Both the position numbers and the translations under genes were made by a program. A DNA stretch of 62,042 nt, counting the filler, from Choristocarpus tenellus KU-1152 (lineage: Eukaryota > Protista > Phaeophyceae): assembly GCA_964200185.2 (NCBI GenBank). It is 9 parts of 9 records of this genome, joined end to end, with 100 filler letters (N's around TTAATTAATTAA, not from the genome) between each part and the next. Parts side by side here need not be neighbours in the genome. Positions count along the whole stretch, not along the records: positions 38,131 to 53,454 come from CAXNAD020001018.1; positions 53,555 to 59,440 come from CAXNAD020009508.1; positions 59,541 to 62,042 come from CAXNAD020027283.1; 6 more parts are not named here. One strand, given 5' to 3'. This document shows positions 51,208-62,042 of the stretch, piece after piece (position 1 is the stretch's first letter; the number at the start of each line of letters is the position of its first letter). The notes beneath the pieces were generated by a model. That model had not been told where the DNA came from and made no database searches. It saw only the letters and a list, made by a program, of their open reading frames with translations.

Positions 51208-53114
51208 GTAGATTCTTTGTCCCTTATCTTCTCCAGAAAGGATAATGTGATGGGTGTCATTTGATGTTACCAAGAACCAGTATCCAGAAGTATTCAGTGG
51301 ATTGATACTTACATGGAGCAGCGCTTGCTTGTCTTTTGCCAAATTGCATGTGTTATTCCTGTTTATGCTGTCCCTGCTGTCGAAGTCACCTCACCCCTTT
51401 GTTGAATGAAAGTGTTGTAGCTTTTTCTGCTGCATTGAGTATTTGGAGCTCTAGCAGGCACCTTATGTTCTTAGCAGGTGGGATAAGGAAAAATAGTTTT
51501 AATGAGAGGTATGTAAGTTAGCTTACGGCAATTTTTGTATCATTTTGTGAGCATGTGGGGTATTTTTCGTGGGAAGTAGTCATTACACCCGGTCCGCTCA
51601 CCATGTAAAATCAAGGATAGAGTTCTTTACTCATCAATGCCTTCCTGAATCGTAAGTATATGCATCCCCTGGTGTCCATTTTGACTTGTGTTGATTGTTG
51701 TTATCTTTTGCTTGTTGTGTTGCTTGCGTTGTGACCTTTCATGGTTTGTGTACTCTGTATTTGTATCTTGCTTATTGAGGTAGTACTGTGAGGAAAATGT
51801 GTAGGTTAGACTACAGTGTAATGTTGTACCACCTTCTGAGGTGTTAGCCTTGTCTTGTCTATTTACGAAGCCCTTGCAATGGTTATACTGTGATCTGTGC
51901 TTGATATTTTATAGTGCTTTAAATATGGTATAGGGGTAATAAGATCATCAGATAGGTTATGCTTCCTACCTTCAATTAAATGAGGGGTAGTGGTATCGGG
52001 ATGGTCTTCATTGTAAAAGATCTACAAATGTGTGCTGTGTGGGAGGGTATTTGCCATAGGGACCACCTGGATATCAAGTAGTTGATCTGCATAGATGAAA
52101 AGATAATATTTAGTCATATTTTTTGTCCTCATGTGCAAGCCTGGTCAATGCACTTCCCAAGGATATCTTGTGATATCACCTTACCCTACATTCCCATATT
52201 ATGGTCATACTGTGCAGAGGTCTACACTGATGCAATTTTTTTGCAGTTGAAGATAATCCCAAAACTACGAAATTTTGAGCAATATCCTCTTTTCCACACA
52301 CTGTTAATATTAATTTCAAGTCCCACCAAGTGTACAAGTTCAGTCCTATCTGTGATGATGGCCTGAAGCCACATTACTGGACCAAATCCACATAGGATGG
52401 AGGCGGGGAATGTTGAGGTCTGAATCTGTCCATAATACCCATCAACTCATTTTGAGCTATGACCGATCCACTCTGTTGGGATGGAACAAGTCTAAGGCCG
52501 CACACATGAGAAGCTCTCAGTTTGAAGTGAGTTGCGTTTGATCTACAAGAAGAGGTGGTACCAGAGCAAGGTTACTTGTGGTTCTTGTTGTTGTAGTTGC
52601 TAGGTAAGTCAGCCAGAGTGCTGTCATTGCTAAGTCTGAGGTCTCAAATACTGTACGAAGCACGCCAGCAAAGAAAGCAGGAGATGTGAATGAGTTGTCA
52701 TCCTTGCAACCATGGTTTGGCGAAAATCGAGGAATATTTGAAAGTAGTGGTACTAGTCAGTCAGAAGTAATATATTTCCGTGGGTGATTTTCTTCTGGTT
52801 GCTGTCAAATGAAAAGGACAATAGATAAATATCATATTTAAAGTATGGGGGGCGTATGGAGGTATATACGTGAAAAATGCGCCTGAAAGGTTGGGGAGTC
52901 TGTAACGGATTGGATAGTGATACATCTGTTCGAGGAAAAGACATGTCTTGTACTTACCTCCATGCCGTAAGTCCTTTCTGCGTTGTCCTTAACGTTTGAA
53001 GATGATGAAATTCATTTCTGAAAGATGATTTGGAATCCGAGACGAATTTCTGGTTAGGGTCAGCTCTTTTTATTATTATTACTCCCCATCCATCACAATC
53101 TTATCAACCACAGA

Positions 53115-53454
53115 AAAAGTCTCCATGTCTACCTTTGGTATGTTTTCAAGCTCACCAGACAACTGCCTCTTCCTTACCCCTGTGTGCTCCACACCGAAGT
53201 CATTCCCCTCTTTGTATCCAAGTACTTGGTTGTGCACCACAAAAAGGAGCTGTCAAGCCCTCTAAAGCGTGGTTTCATGATACTCCTCGTACTGTTTCTT
53301 AATGACCTTCACCATCTCCTGGACGGACCCAAACCACACCCCCATCACACGGCATTTCAAAGACCAGAAGAAGCACAGGTCCATGATATTGAGGTCGGGG
53401 GAGTTAGATGGCTGCATCACAAGCCCAATCGACCATCCCTCAGTCTTCCCTGCC
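53115..53454 (-). mobile_element. DD39D mariner transposase relic, C-terminal part
   Basis: The minus strand reads AGKTEGWSIGLVMQPSNSPDLNIMDLCFFWSLKCRV...QYEEYHETTL*RA*QLLFVVHNQVLGYKEGNDFGVEHTGVRK (QPxNSPDLNxxDLxFF motif). Confidence 0.85.
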
Positions 53455-53554
53455 NNNNNNNNNNNNNNNNNNNNNNNNNNNNNNNNNNNNNNNNNNNNTT
53501 AATTAATTAANNNNNNNNNNNNNNNNNNNNNNNNNNNNNNNNNNNNNNNNNNNN

Positions 53555-53609
53555 GCAACATTGGATTTTGACCCCAAATGGACGCGGCCCTACCCTCTAA
53601 GATACTTTG
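53555..53609. mobile_element. MITE subfamily B terminal fragment at a contig start
   Basis: GCAACATTGGATTTTGACCCCAAATGGACGCGGCCCTACCCTCTAAGATACTTTG matches 37717-37772. Confidence 0.75.
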
Positions 53610-55389
53610 GCTCTTCATCCAGTGAAACATGGGTTAATTGCAAAAGATTGAAATACTGGCATAAAATGCAAAACGGACAAAACCTGGCTACCTCTCGTTT
53701 AGTTTGCTTACAACCACCTACGGCTTCACATGTGTACTGTAACCTGCGAGGTGCTGGCTCCATGTCATGTTGTCCACACAGCTCAAACATGGAGTGGTGT
53801 CCCTTGCCATATGCATGTACCGGTAAACACCTGTCATTTACAAAAAAGTTAAGAGTATTTTCCTTATCAAACTTTATCGAAATAACCCTGCTCCAGTAGG
53901 ATGAACATTACTGGTGATGGGACACCTACACAACGTCGTTATAAGAGCAACATGTCAAGACGACGAAAGTGATGAAATTGCACCATTATTCAGTGACAAA
54001 GATCCCTTAGTACATGAGTACAAGTGATGTTATAAACACATTTACTATTTGGTGTTTGGATGGAAGATTTTGCCCTCTTTTGCCTCGTTACGGACATACA
54101 ACAACGTCCAGTGATTAGATGGAGCTCTTGTAGGTGTAGTAATGGAGTGTAGTAACCAGTCAACGGTAGCTGGAGTAATGGAAGTAATATTATATACCCG
54201 AGTATAGTACACTTCTACTAACTTCGAAGTAGTACATACTCATCGTATCGACGCAAAAAAATAGAATCCATTATCAAACTTGGAAAGTTTCATTGTACTT
54301 CCCTACTACCTCCCCCATAATTGAGGTCTACGAAAATTCTCAAGATGTTATTTCTCCTTGAGTATTTTAACGAAAATATTGTGCTATTTTTTCCTTCGTT
54401 TTGTTAACAATAACAATACTTCGTGCCCACAAAGTCGTACTCTTAACACTAGCACTACATAACACCTTTCTGTTGGTGTTACAAAGGCACGAAGAGTTGA
54501 CACCAACTCTACAATACTTTCATGATGCCGATAATTTCCAGAATTTATTATACTAGAAATACACACATACATAGTAGTATGGTCACCAACAAGGATAGGT
54601 TGCCTTCAAAGTTACGTAGGCTTGGTCATTCTTAGGAGTCCTTTCATATGACAGCGGTAGCTGAATATGAGAATGCTTGCAATCCTTTTTTCCCAACAAG
54701 GTTGTTTCTTGAGAGGAGATGAACGAATGAGAAAACTGATACAAACAAATTGACTTTGAAAAATGATACAGTGAGTTCTTTCGCGCAGAGCCGACACTGA
54801 CCTTCTATCACCAATCAATGTAGTACTAAACATATAAACGAACAGTGTATGAATTGTACTCTTACAAGTAATTGGAATGCTTTGTACTGTATTCATTGTT
54901 TCTTGGTCATTTCCTGCTGCTGCTGATACTGTTGTCGTTTGCATTATTCACTTACAAAGGAACTGCTAGTAGGAGTGTTTGGAAATTCCACCAAGAACAA
55001 GGATAAAGGAACAAAACTTACTTTCGCTCTTACTATTCCATTCTCAAAAATGGGGATCCTCACTCAGAGTCAGCCCAATCGGTTGTTCTAATTCAGAAGA
55101 AGTGAGATTTGACCCATAGTGCTACGAGAGAGGTTGATCATTCTGAAACGTTTTTTTTCTTATGTATGCATGTATGTACACATGCATACATGGTCTTCAG
55201 CATCGCCAGTCTTCCTTGAAAATGATCAGCTCTCAGAAGATGCTACCAACACGTTCCTTCTTTCATTGCGTCCTCTCCTCAAAATAATCTTATGAGTCTG
55301 CACAAGGTACAGGTACTTTGCGAAAGTGGTTAACTGATACAGCAACAAAATTGTTCTCGACAAAACTACCTTTGTTACACCATTCACAT

Positions 55390-56944
55390 CTACTGCAGAA
55401 TCCATAGTCCAGGGCTTCTTTCACCTGTTTGTGGAGAGAGAGAGAGAGAATTGGTGGGGGGGAAATATGTGTTATCGTTACACAGTCCAAACGTCTAGCA
55501 CTCTGAACGGCAATGTAATGCTCATGTGGAAGAATATTCCTCTTCTACAGCCATACCCTCTGAAGGGGGCCCCTTCATTTCAGACAAGAGAATGTTGATT
55601 TCAGGTAGAAGATACTCAGATCCCCAAATACTTAATAGGGCCGGGGTAGATGCCCTACAACGATTGAATGGCTCAGGTGAAATGTATCGCGTTACCCTGG
55701 TCTCAATATATTGTGTTTTCAAGAGTTGCACCTATTTAAGGCTTCTAGAAACTTCACCATCGCTCTACAATGCTACTGATCACAAAAGAGAGAGAGCTAT
55801 ATAGCCTCCCTAGTTGGTATAAAGCACCACAGTAGTCCTACTGAACATCCTACGAGCATTTTATCAAGAGGTATGAAACAGTTTGCATGCTACTCCCATA
55901 ACTTTGTTGAGTAACAGGCCACTGTAGAGTCTCAACTTGCGCGTTTGAGCGACGCTATGGCCATTTTACATTGAGCCGTGACAATATAATTTCTCTATAA
56001 TCAATAGTTTTGTTGGAAGTCAGAGGAAAGGGGGGGGATGAAAAACAAGGAAATGTTGAGAGTTGCCACGATCTATTGAAAAATACTGGTTGATACGACA
56101 TGAAATGAATTGAATACGTTGACTCCCAGCTTCTTCAAGCACATTATTCGGAACTACACACGACTCATCAGCTAAATCTTGCACTCATACCATATCTCAC
56201 AATGCACCATCATGGTTGCCCAGCACTTTATAGTCTAGTCAAACGAAAATAATAAAGGACTGTAGGTAGAATAAATACAAGAAAATACGAATTGTGGAAT
56301 AACGCTAAATCTTGCACCCATACCATATCTCACAACTCACCATCATGGCCTCGCGACACTTACACTCTAGGCAAACGAAAACAATGAAGGACTGTAGGTA
56401 GACAAATACAAGAAATTCGAATTTTGGAATGACTCCAAGTGGGAATGAAGCACAAGCACCAAACTGGCCTTGGTCAGTGTTTTCATGTTTTCATGAGACC
56501 AACATGTTGATTAGAATACAGAATATTGAAAGAAAGTCGAGCAGGTCACGATCATACTCCTGAGAATCGCTCATCAGAAAAATCAGTCAGTGTGACGGCA
56601 TTGTTCACTAACATTTTTCTAGGTTGAGGGACTATGTGAATTACCGTTAATGATGTCTAAGGTCGAGGAAGGGGAGAAGAGGCATTTTGTTCCTTCTCAC
56701 CTCCAATATCTGCTCATATGAGCTTACTCTTGTCAGGAGCTGGAGCTGAGCCTCTTTGTCAAATGAGCCTGCTGTTACATGGGCGTCGTTAGGGTTGGGC
56801 AAGATCTCGTTTTTATCCTCCCCAGAATCATATAGAGAGTATAAGTTAGACGTGAGCTCGGATGCATGCTCCTCACGCATGCCAAGAAAGCGTAGGAGAA
56901 GGCAAGATTGCGTGGGCCCATCATCTCCCAAAAAGTCACTGAAC
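55390..56944 (-). CDS. Last three exons of an unknown protein
   Basis: Exons 56944-56701, 55731-55557 and 55424-55390 are GT-AG, phase-compatible and end in TAG. No family recognised. Confidence 0.5.
56171..56433. repeat. 133-bp tandem duplication in an intron
   Basis: GCTAAATCTTGCAC.CATACCATATCTCACAA... starts at 56171 and 56304. Confidence 0.85.
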
Positions 56945-57095
56945 CTGGGTAAAGGACGACAGCAATACGATAGGATTTGGTGAGGGCTCCACCCTATCAT
57001 TCCCATGAACTACCAATGCCACGAACATTCTTTTTATATATGAGTAAAAGTAGATTCCGTAGGAAGCAATCTGATTGTGGAAGTGGCCATATTTG

Positions 57096-58900
57096 TGTTC
57101 TAAGAATGAAGGATAGGTATGTGTTAATGAACAAGAATATGACAGAGTCCAGGAATGGGAAACATTGTAGCAAGTAAATATGTGATTAGTGATCCAAAGA
57201 ATAGGGTTGATTTGGTGGCAAGGACCCCTCCCCCCCTTGGGCTTGAAGGCTTTCCTCCTTTCTCCTTATATCATCTACAACATGTCCAACCCATTTAAGG
57301 AATTCTTTAAGTTATTTTTATACACAAGCCATGGGAACATCAGCTCCTTGAACATGCTAGCTAGCATTACTTAATGAAGTGTGCAAAGTTTCAAGGATAG
57401 CACGAATTGACTGGAGGAGTCCTGATGGAGGCGGCCATCGGTAACAGTAGGCTTGATGCAAGAAGAACAGAGTACAGAGAGATGACACCAGCAGCAGCAG
57501 TTGAAGATGATGGGGAGGAAGTTGAGTCAGACTTTGAGGATGACGAGGAGGCGGCTAGCTGAACCACACACCGTGCAAGGACTGAAGGAGAAGGTCTGTG
57601 GCGGCTGATCCCACTCCCTCCAAAGTTTGGGGGGTACAATGGCAATGGTGCTAAAGAAGGATATCCAACTCTTGAGAGAAACTTCCTCATGTGTACTTCC
57701 ATGGGTGGATGGAAGGACGTTCTTCTGACTGAAGACTACGTAAGAGTGAGCTGTGTCCAGTTCGACGAAACAAGATGGACTGAGAGAGAAGTCCGAAAGG
57801 TCAGCATGGGTATGGCAGCTTTGATTACGGGTTTAGGTTGACTTTCCAAGCAAATTGCAGATAATCACGACAGTCCTTCAGAAGCATTCCAAGCTCCTAG
57901 GAATCACTTTGCCTGGAATGGGATTATGGAAAGAGCAATCATGCAGTCCAGGTTTGTGCAAAATAGAAAATCATAAGGTGTACCCTATATTGTGTATGCA
58001 AGACTATGGCATTGGACTGAGTCCATGTAATGCAACTTATGAGATGGCACATCCAGATTATGCATGGGTTTGATATTGCAGTTAAAGGTACTCTGACATA
58101 ACCATTGACTTACCTATGAGGCATAAATAATAATAAAACATGCAATAAGGAGTCACCCCACAAGGTCACTCTTCTAATTTCATCCACCCATTCATTTAAA
58201 GATCAGCAAAGTGAAGTAGTTTGAGGCTCCCCATCTTCTTGCCTTCAATACTGATCAAATAGCAATACTTTCCCAGGTTAATTGTACAAAATTAGATTCT
58301 CATCTACCCGTGGGGGAAGATCCGACTATTGATACTATGCAGCTGGACACACTCGTCAAGAAGATTAGGTTGATTGATGATGAGCCTAGCAAGGAGGCCC
58401 AACTTAGCGCAATGAAAAAGTGCCTTTCTGAGGAGTATTTCTTGATAGTTGACAAGTTACTGGGAGAGGGTGTGTGACCAGCCTCAACCTTAAAAGGCAA
58501 GCCTTTGAGATCTAACGCATGAACTAACATCAACAAGAACGCCAGGTAGAGAGCAATGGTGCGGCAGGGATGGATCATGGAGCCTATGTGAGAGGCGGAA
58601 CTACAGAGTGTCGAAAGGGTCGACATTCAGGACATGAGGAATGCTAGCTGTGCGGTGGACCACACTATCAGTTTTCTTACCCCACTGCTGTTTCCTCACA
58701 TTCCGGATCCTACACAGGTGCTTGTGGTGTTTGTGGAGTGACATGAAACAAGGCTTACCGACGTCGTAAACACGCTGGAGCTGTTGGGGTGACCGGTCAA
58801 GGATATAATAATTCTGGATCAAACCCCAGAAAGAACAGGAAGAATGGTAAAGGAAAGGGGAGAGGCCATGCTAACAACAATAGTTGGTGGTGACGGAGAA
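57096..58900 (+). mobile_element. Truncated copia relative: 5' LTR plus gag, interrupted by about 450 bp of unrelated DNA
   Basis: LTR at about 57096-57354 (TGTTC...GAACA) shares TTGTAGCAAGTAA, ATTAGTGATC and CTACAACAT with the other element's LTR. Gag segments RLIPLPPKFGGY..MGGWKDVLLTEDYVRV (57600-57840) and LPVGEDP..LVKK..EPSKEAQL (58304-58470) align with the gag at 45655-46250. Decayed knuckles at about 58640-58760. Confidence 0.8.
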
Positions 58901-59386
58901 TGTCAAGCAAATTATACACATCGTATGTTAAAACATAGGCTACTCATCTTCGTGTACTTGGTACGATACAGTATTACCAGTTCATACTGACCGTTGATTC
59001 GCATATTGGTACTGGTCGTTACTCACAATAACATCATTAGCACCTCATCATAGCATCACCTACAGTTAGAACCTCATCAAGTATGGAACAGTAGACATCT
59101 GTCAAACATACAACCATAGTATGTGCCATAAGAATCGCCCCAGATTTCGATTCAAGCTTGTTTCTTTGTTTTCTTATCATCACATCAGAACCATCAATTG
59201 CATCTCATCTGCTGATTATCCTTTTTTCTCTGGTTGGCTTTGCCCCGACTTAGACTTCAAGTTCACTCCGCACTAAGTGTACCTGATGTACGAGTTAATG
59301 CCATATATTCAGAGCTAGAACATTCACAGAAATCTTTCTTCACAAGGTGCCAGGCCTCTACTCAAATTATTTTTCTCTTTCTGGGT

Positions 59387-59440
59387 CAAAGTATCTGGAG
59401 GGGGGTGGCGGCTGTCCATTTGGGGTCATTTTTTTCATGT
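59387..59440. mobile_element. MITE subfamily A terminal fragment at a contig end
   Basis: CAAAGTATCTGGAGGGGGGTGGCGGCTGTCCATTTGGGGTCATTTTTTTCATGT matches 35585-35639. Confidence 0.78.
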
Positions 59441-59729
59441 NNNNNNNNNNNNNNNNNNNNNNNNNNNNNNNNNNNNNNNNNNNNTTAATTAATTAANNNN
59501 NNNNNNNNNNNNNNNNNNNNNNNNNNNNNNNNNNNNNNNNCCTCACCCCCATCAGTATCCAAGTGCCCCCCCCCCCCTGGGTTGAACAAGTTTGAACAAA
59601 TACCCTGCCGTCTCTATAGCTCCTCACATCCCTATCAAATGGAGAAATGCCATGTCATGTCGCTATGTTTCACTATGCCATTCCTCGCCATGCCTCTATG
59701 TCCATGTTACTTGTGTTTGTCTTGTAAAG

Positions 59730-62042
59730 GCTGGTTCGGTGAAGTCCGTGATGGAGGTCATTGGACTCATGGAGATGTCTGGAATACGGCGTTTGGTAGA
59801 ACCCTACAACCAGGTGGTGTTGGGTGTCATCATGTTGTCGTTGTTAGAGTTCTGTGTGGTTTTGTTGCAACATGGGACAGATGTAGTGTACTTCACATCA
59901 ATGGGAAGTGTGTTTTGTAGTGCATGGCTTGCGTGTAGAGGATCGAAGACACGAAATCCAACTCAGCAGCAAGTCTCTTGTTCAGAATGGGACCGAGGCT
60001 ATTGTCAATTTTTGGGCTGGTGCAGATGGTGCTGATGTGTCAGATGAGGAACCGATTGTCCAAGGTGGGATGTCTACATACAGTGTTGAGGAGGTGGGGA
60101 GTGATGGTGGGGAAGTTTATGGAAGGAGTGCCAGGTGCTTCGAGGTATACATCTAATCTAGTCTGTGTGGATGGAGTGCTTGTTGGTTGCAACCTGTGCT
60201 GCTTGCATGCCTATAGTATACGGATATATATATATATACCCTTGCAAAGCGACCTGTTCATCCTTTTCCTTCTGACTTTTGAAACAATTTTCGGTCTTTT
60301 CTTTAGCTCTTTCCTACTCCCCACCCTGTGCCTCTTTGCCTTTCCCCCTAAACAAGGCCATCAAAGGTTTCAGGCAGCTGGGGGAGTGGGAGTGGGCCGT
60401 GTCCTTGATAGACACGATGCGTGGATCAGGGGTTCGCCCTGATGCCTACAGCTACTCGATGGCCATGGACGCATGCAAGAATGGTGGAAGGCGTGGTCGT
60501 CGACGTGCACTGAGGCTGCTGGAGGAGCTTAAGGTGGATGGGGTGAACCCAAACACTGTAGTTTATAATACTCTTCTTGGCTTATTTAGGGATTGTGGGG
60601 AAGTTAAGCATGGGTTGCTAGACCAAGTGCCGCAAAAGCACTCAGAAGACCAGGACCATGGCGATGGGGAAGGTAATGCTGGAGGGGCTCATCCTCTGCA
60701 GTGGGGAAGTCGCTTGGGGGAGGGAGGGGGAGAGGGGTCAGGGAATTGGGAGGAGGAGGAAGATGAGGAAGAGGAGGAGGAGTGGAGCATTGCACTGAGG
60801 CTGTTAAAGGAGATGTGCCTGAGTGGGGGAGAGGCAGCTCCAGATAAGCTGTCGTTTGAGCTTGTGATGCAGGCGTGTGTGAATGGGGGGTGTCCTGATA
60901 GAGCGCTGTCAGTGTTCCGGCTGTTGAGGAAAAGGGAGGCAAATGGGGAAAGTGCGGGAGTCTCCAAAAGAGGGGCAAGGGGAGGAGTGCGGGGGATGGG
61001 TGTTGCGGGCGTGGTGAGTGCAGAGAGGGCTACCTTTCGACTAGCCTTGCGTGCAGCAGCTGATGCAGGAGATGGGGCTGCGGCAGTGGCTTTGCTGGAC
61101 GAGATGCGTGGGGAGGGAATGGAGGATGATGAGGTAGTGATGATGGTTGGTTTGGTTTTTGTGTTGACTGTGGTAGTTCAGAGGGGCGAGGGGGTGGGGA
61201 ATGGGTGACATGGGTCAGGGAGGGTGGAAATGATGTGTTACTCTATTCACTGGGTGAGTAACTTTGGGGTTCACTGATGGTCTATGGATTCTTTTGCACG
61301 AGGATGAACATAGATTGTTCCCATTTTTTTTCTGTTGGAAAGTAGTTGTATTTGTACTGATGGGGATGTTGGTTAGGGTTAGGGTTAGGGTTGATTTGTG
61401 CCGAGTATTGTTTAGTGCTTAAGATGAGACAAGGCATTTTGCTGCAGAACTCCTCTCCGCCTCCTCACAAACCAGATCCTTTCTGATTTCCCAGTTCTTG
61501 GGGGAAACTTTCTAGCCTTCCCTCCTCTGAACACCATGCAATTGACTCTCTGAACCCACCCCACCCCCCCACCCCCGAACTCCTTTTTCCACTTCGGTCT
61601 TTGACAACGAACTCTACCCAAATGTACAAGTCATCGTTTCATCTGGCTGTTACTGCCTGTGGCCGGTCCGGCATGTGGCGTGAATCGGCTGGACTGCTGG
61701 TTCAGGCACGGAAGGATGGGTACAAATTAGCCATCGACACTTGCGCCAGTGTGGTTGGTGCTTGTGCCAAGAAGGCACGGTGGAAGGAGGCTATTGCCGT
61801 GCTCCGGGAGATTCGACCTACTATCCAGGCGTGGGTTTTATCTTTCAAGGGTGCTGGTGGTGGAGGTATGGGGAGAGGAAATGGCGTTGGGGATGAGGGT
61901 CGAGTACGAGGACTGGAGGCTGCAGGTGGCGCAAAGGGGAGGAGGGCGGGTGAGGGTGTTGTGCGGGGGCGGGGGGCGGGGAGGAAGACCGACCCGGCTT
62001 TAGTGTACAGTTTGGTTATGGCTGCGTGTCACGCAGCGGGTC
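59730..62042 (+). CDS. Pentatricopeptide repeat (PPR) protein, internal exons (partial at both ends)
   Basis: Exons 59730-59813, 60357-61133 and 61631-end. PPR motifs include GEWEWAVSLIDTMRGSGVRPDAYSYSMAMDAC, PNTVVYNTLL, PDKLSFELVMQAC, SFHLAVTACGRSGMWRES and CASVVGACAKKARWKEAIAVL. Confidence 0.88.

Overview
This is eukaryotic genomic DNA, not prokaryotic. It consists of nine short contigs joined by artificial 100-nt spacers (44 N + TTAATTAATTAA + 44 N), so adjacency across spacers means nothing. Intron-dense genes, TTAGGG motifs and the transposon content suggest a stramenopile, probably a brown alga or relative (inference). Genes I could splice by hand: a complete 24-exon mitochondrial glycine decarboxylase P-protein (about 995 aa, one GC-AG intron); the 5' exons of Exo70 and Rpn10 arranged head-to-head; the 5' exons of Rab2; three exons of an ABCC/MRP transporter; a type II membrane PLOD-GT-like glycosyltransferase; a PPR protein; and two unknown gene fragments. 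Mobile DNA is abundant: a two-LTR Ty1/copia element inside a glycosyltransferase intron, a diverged relative on another contig, DD39D mariner and pogo relics, RTE and RLE-type LINE relics, a MITE family, and a candidate tRNA-headed SINE. The most unusual signal is that both copia elements carry the same perfect 14-bp palindrome (ATGCTAGCTAGCAT) where a tRNA primer-binding site should be. All calls come from reading the sequence by eye; no searches were run.
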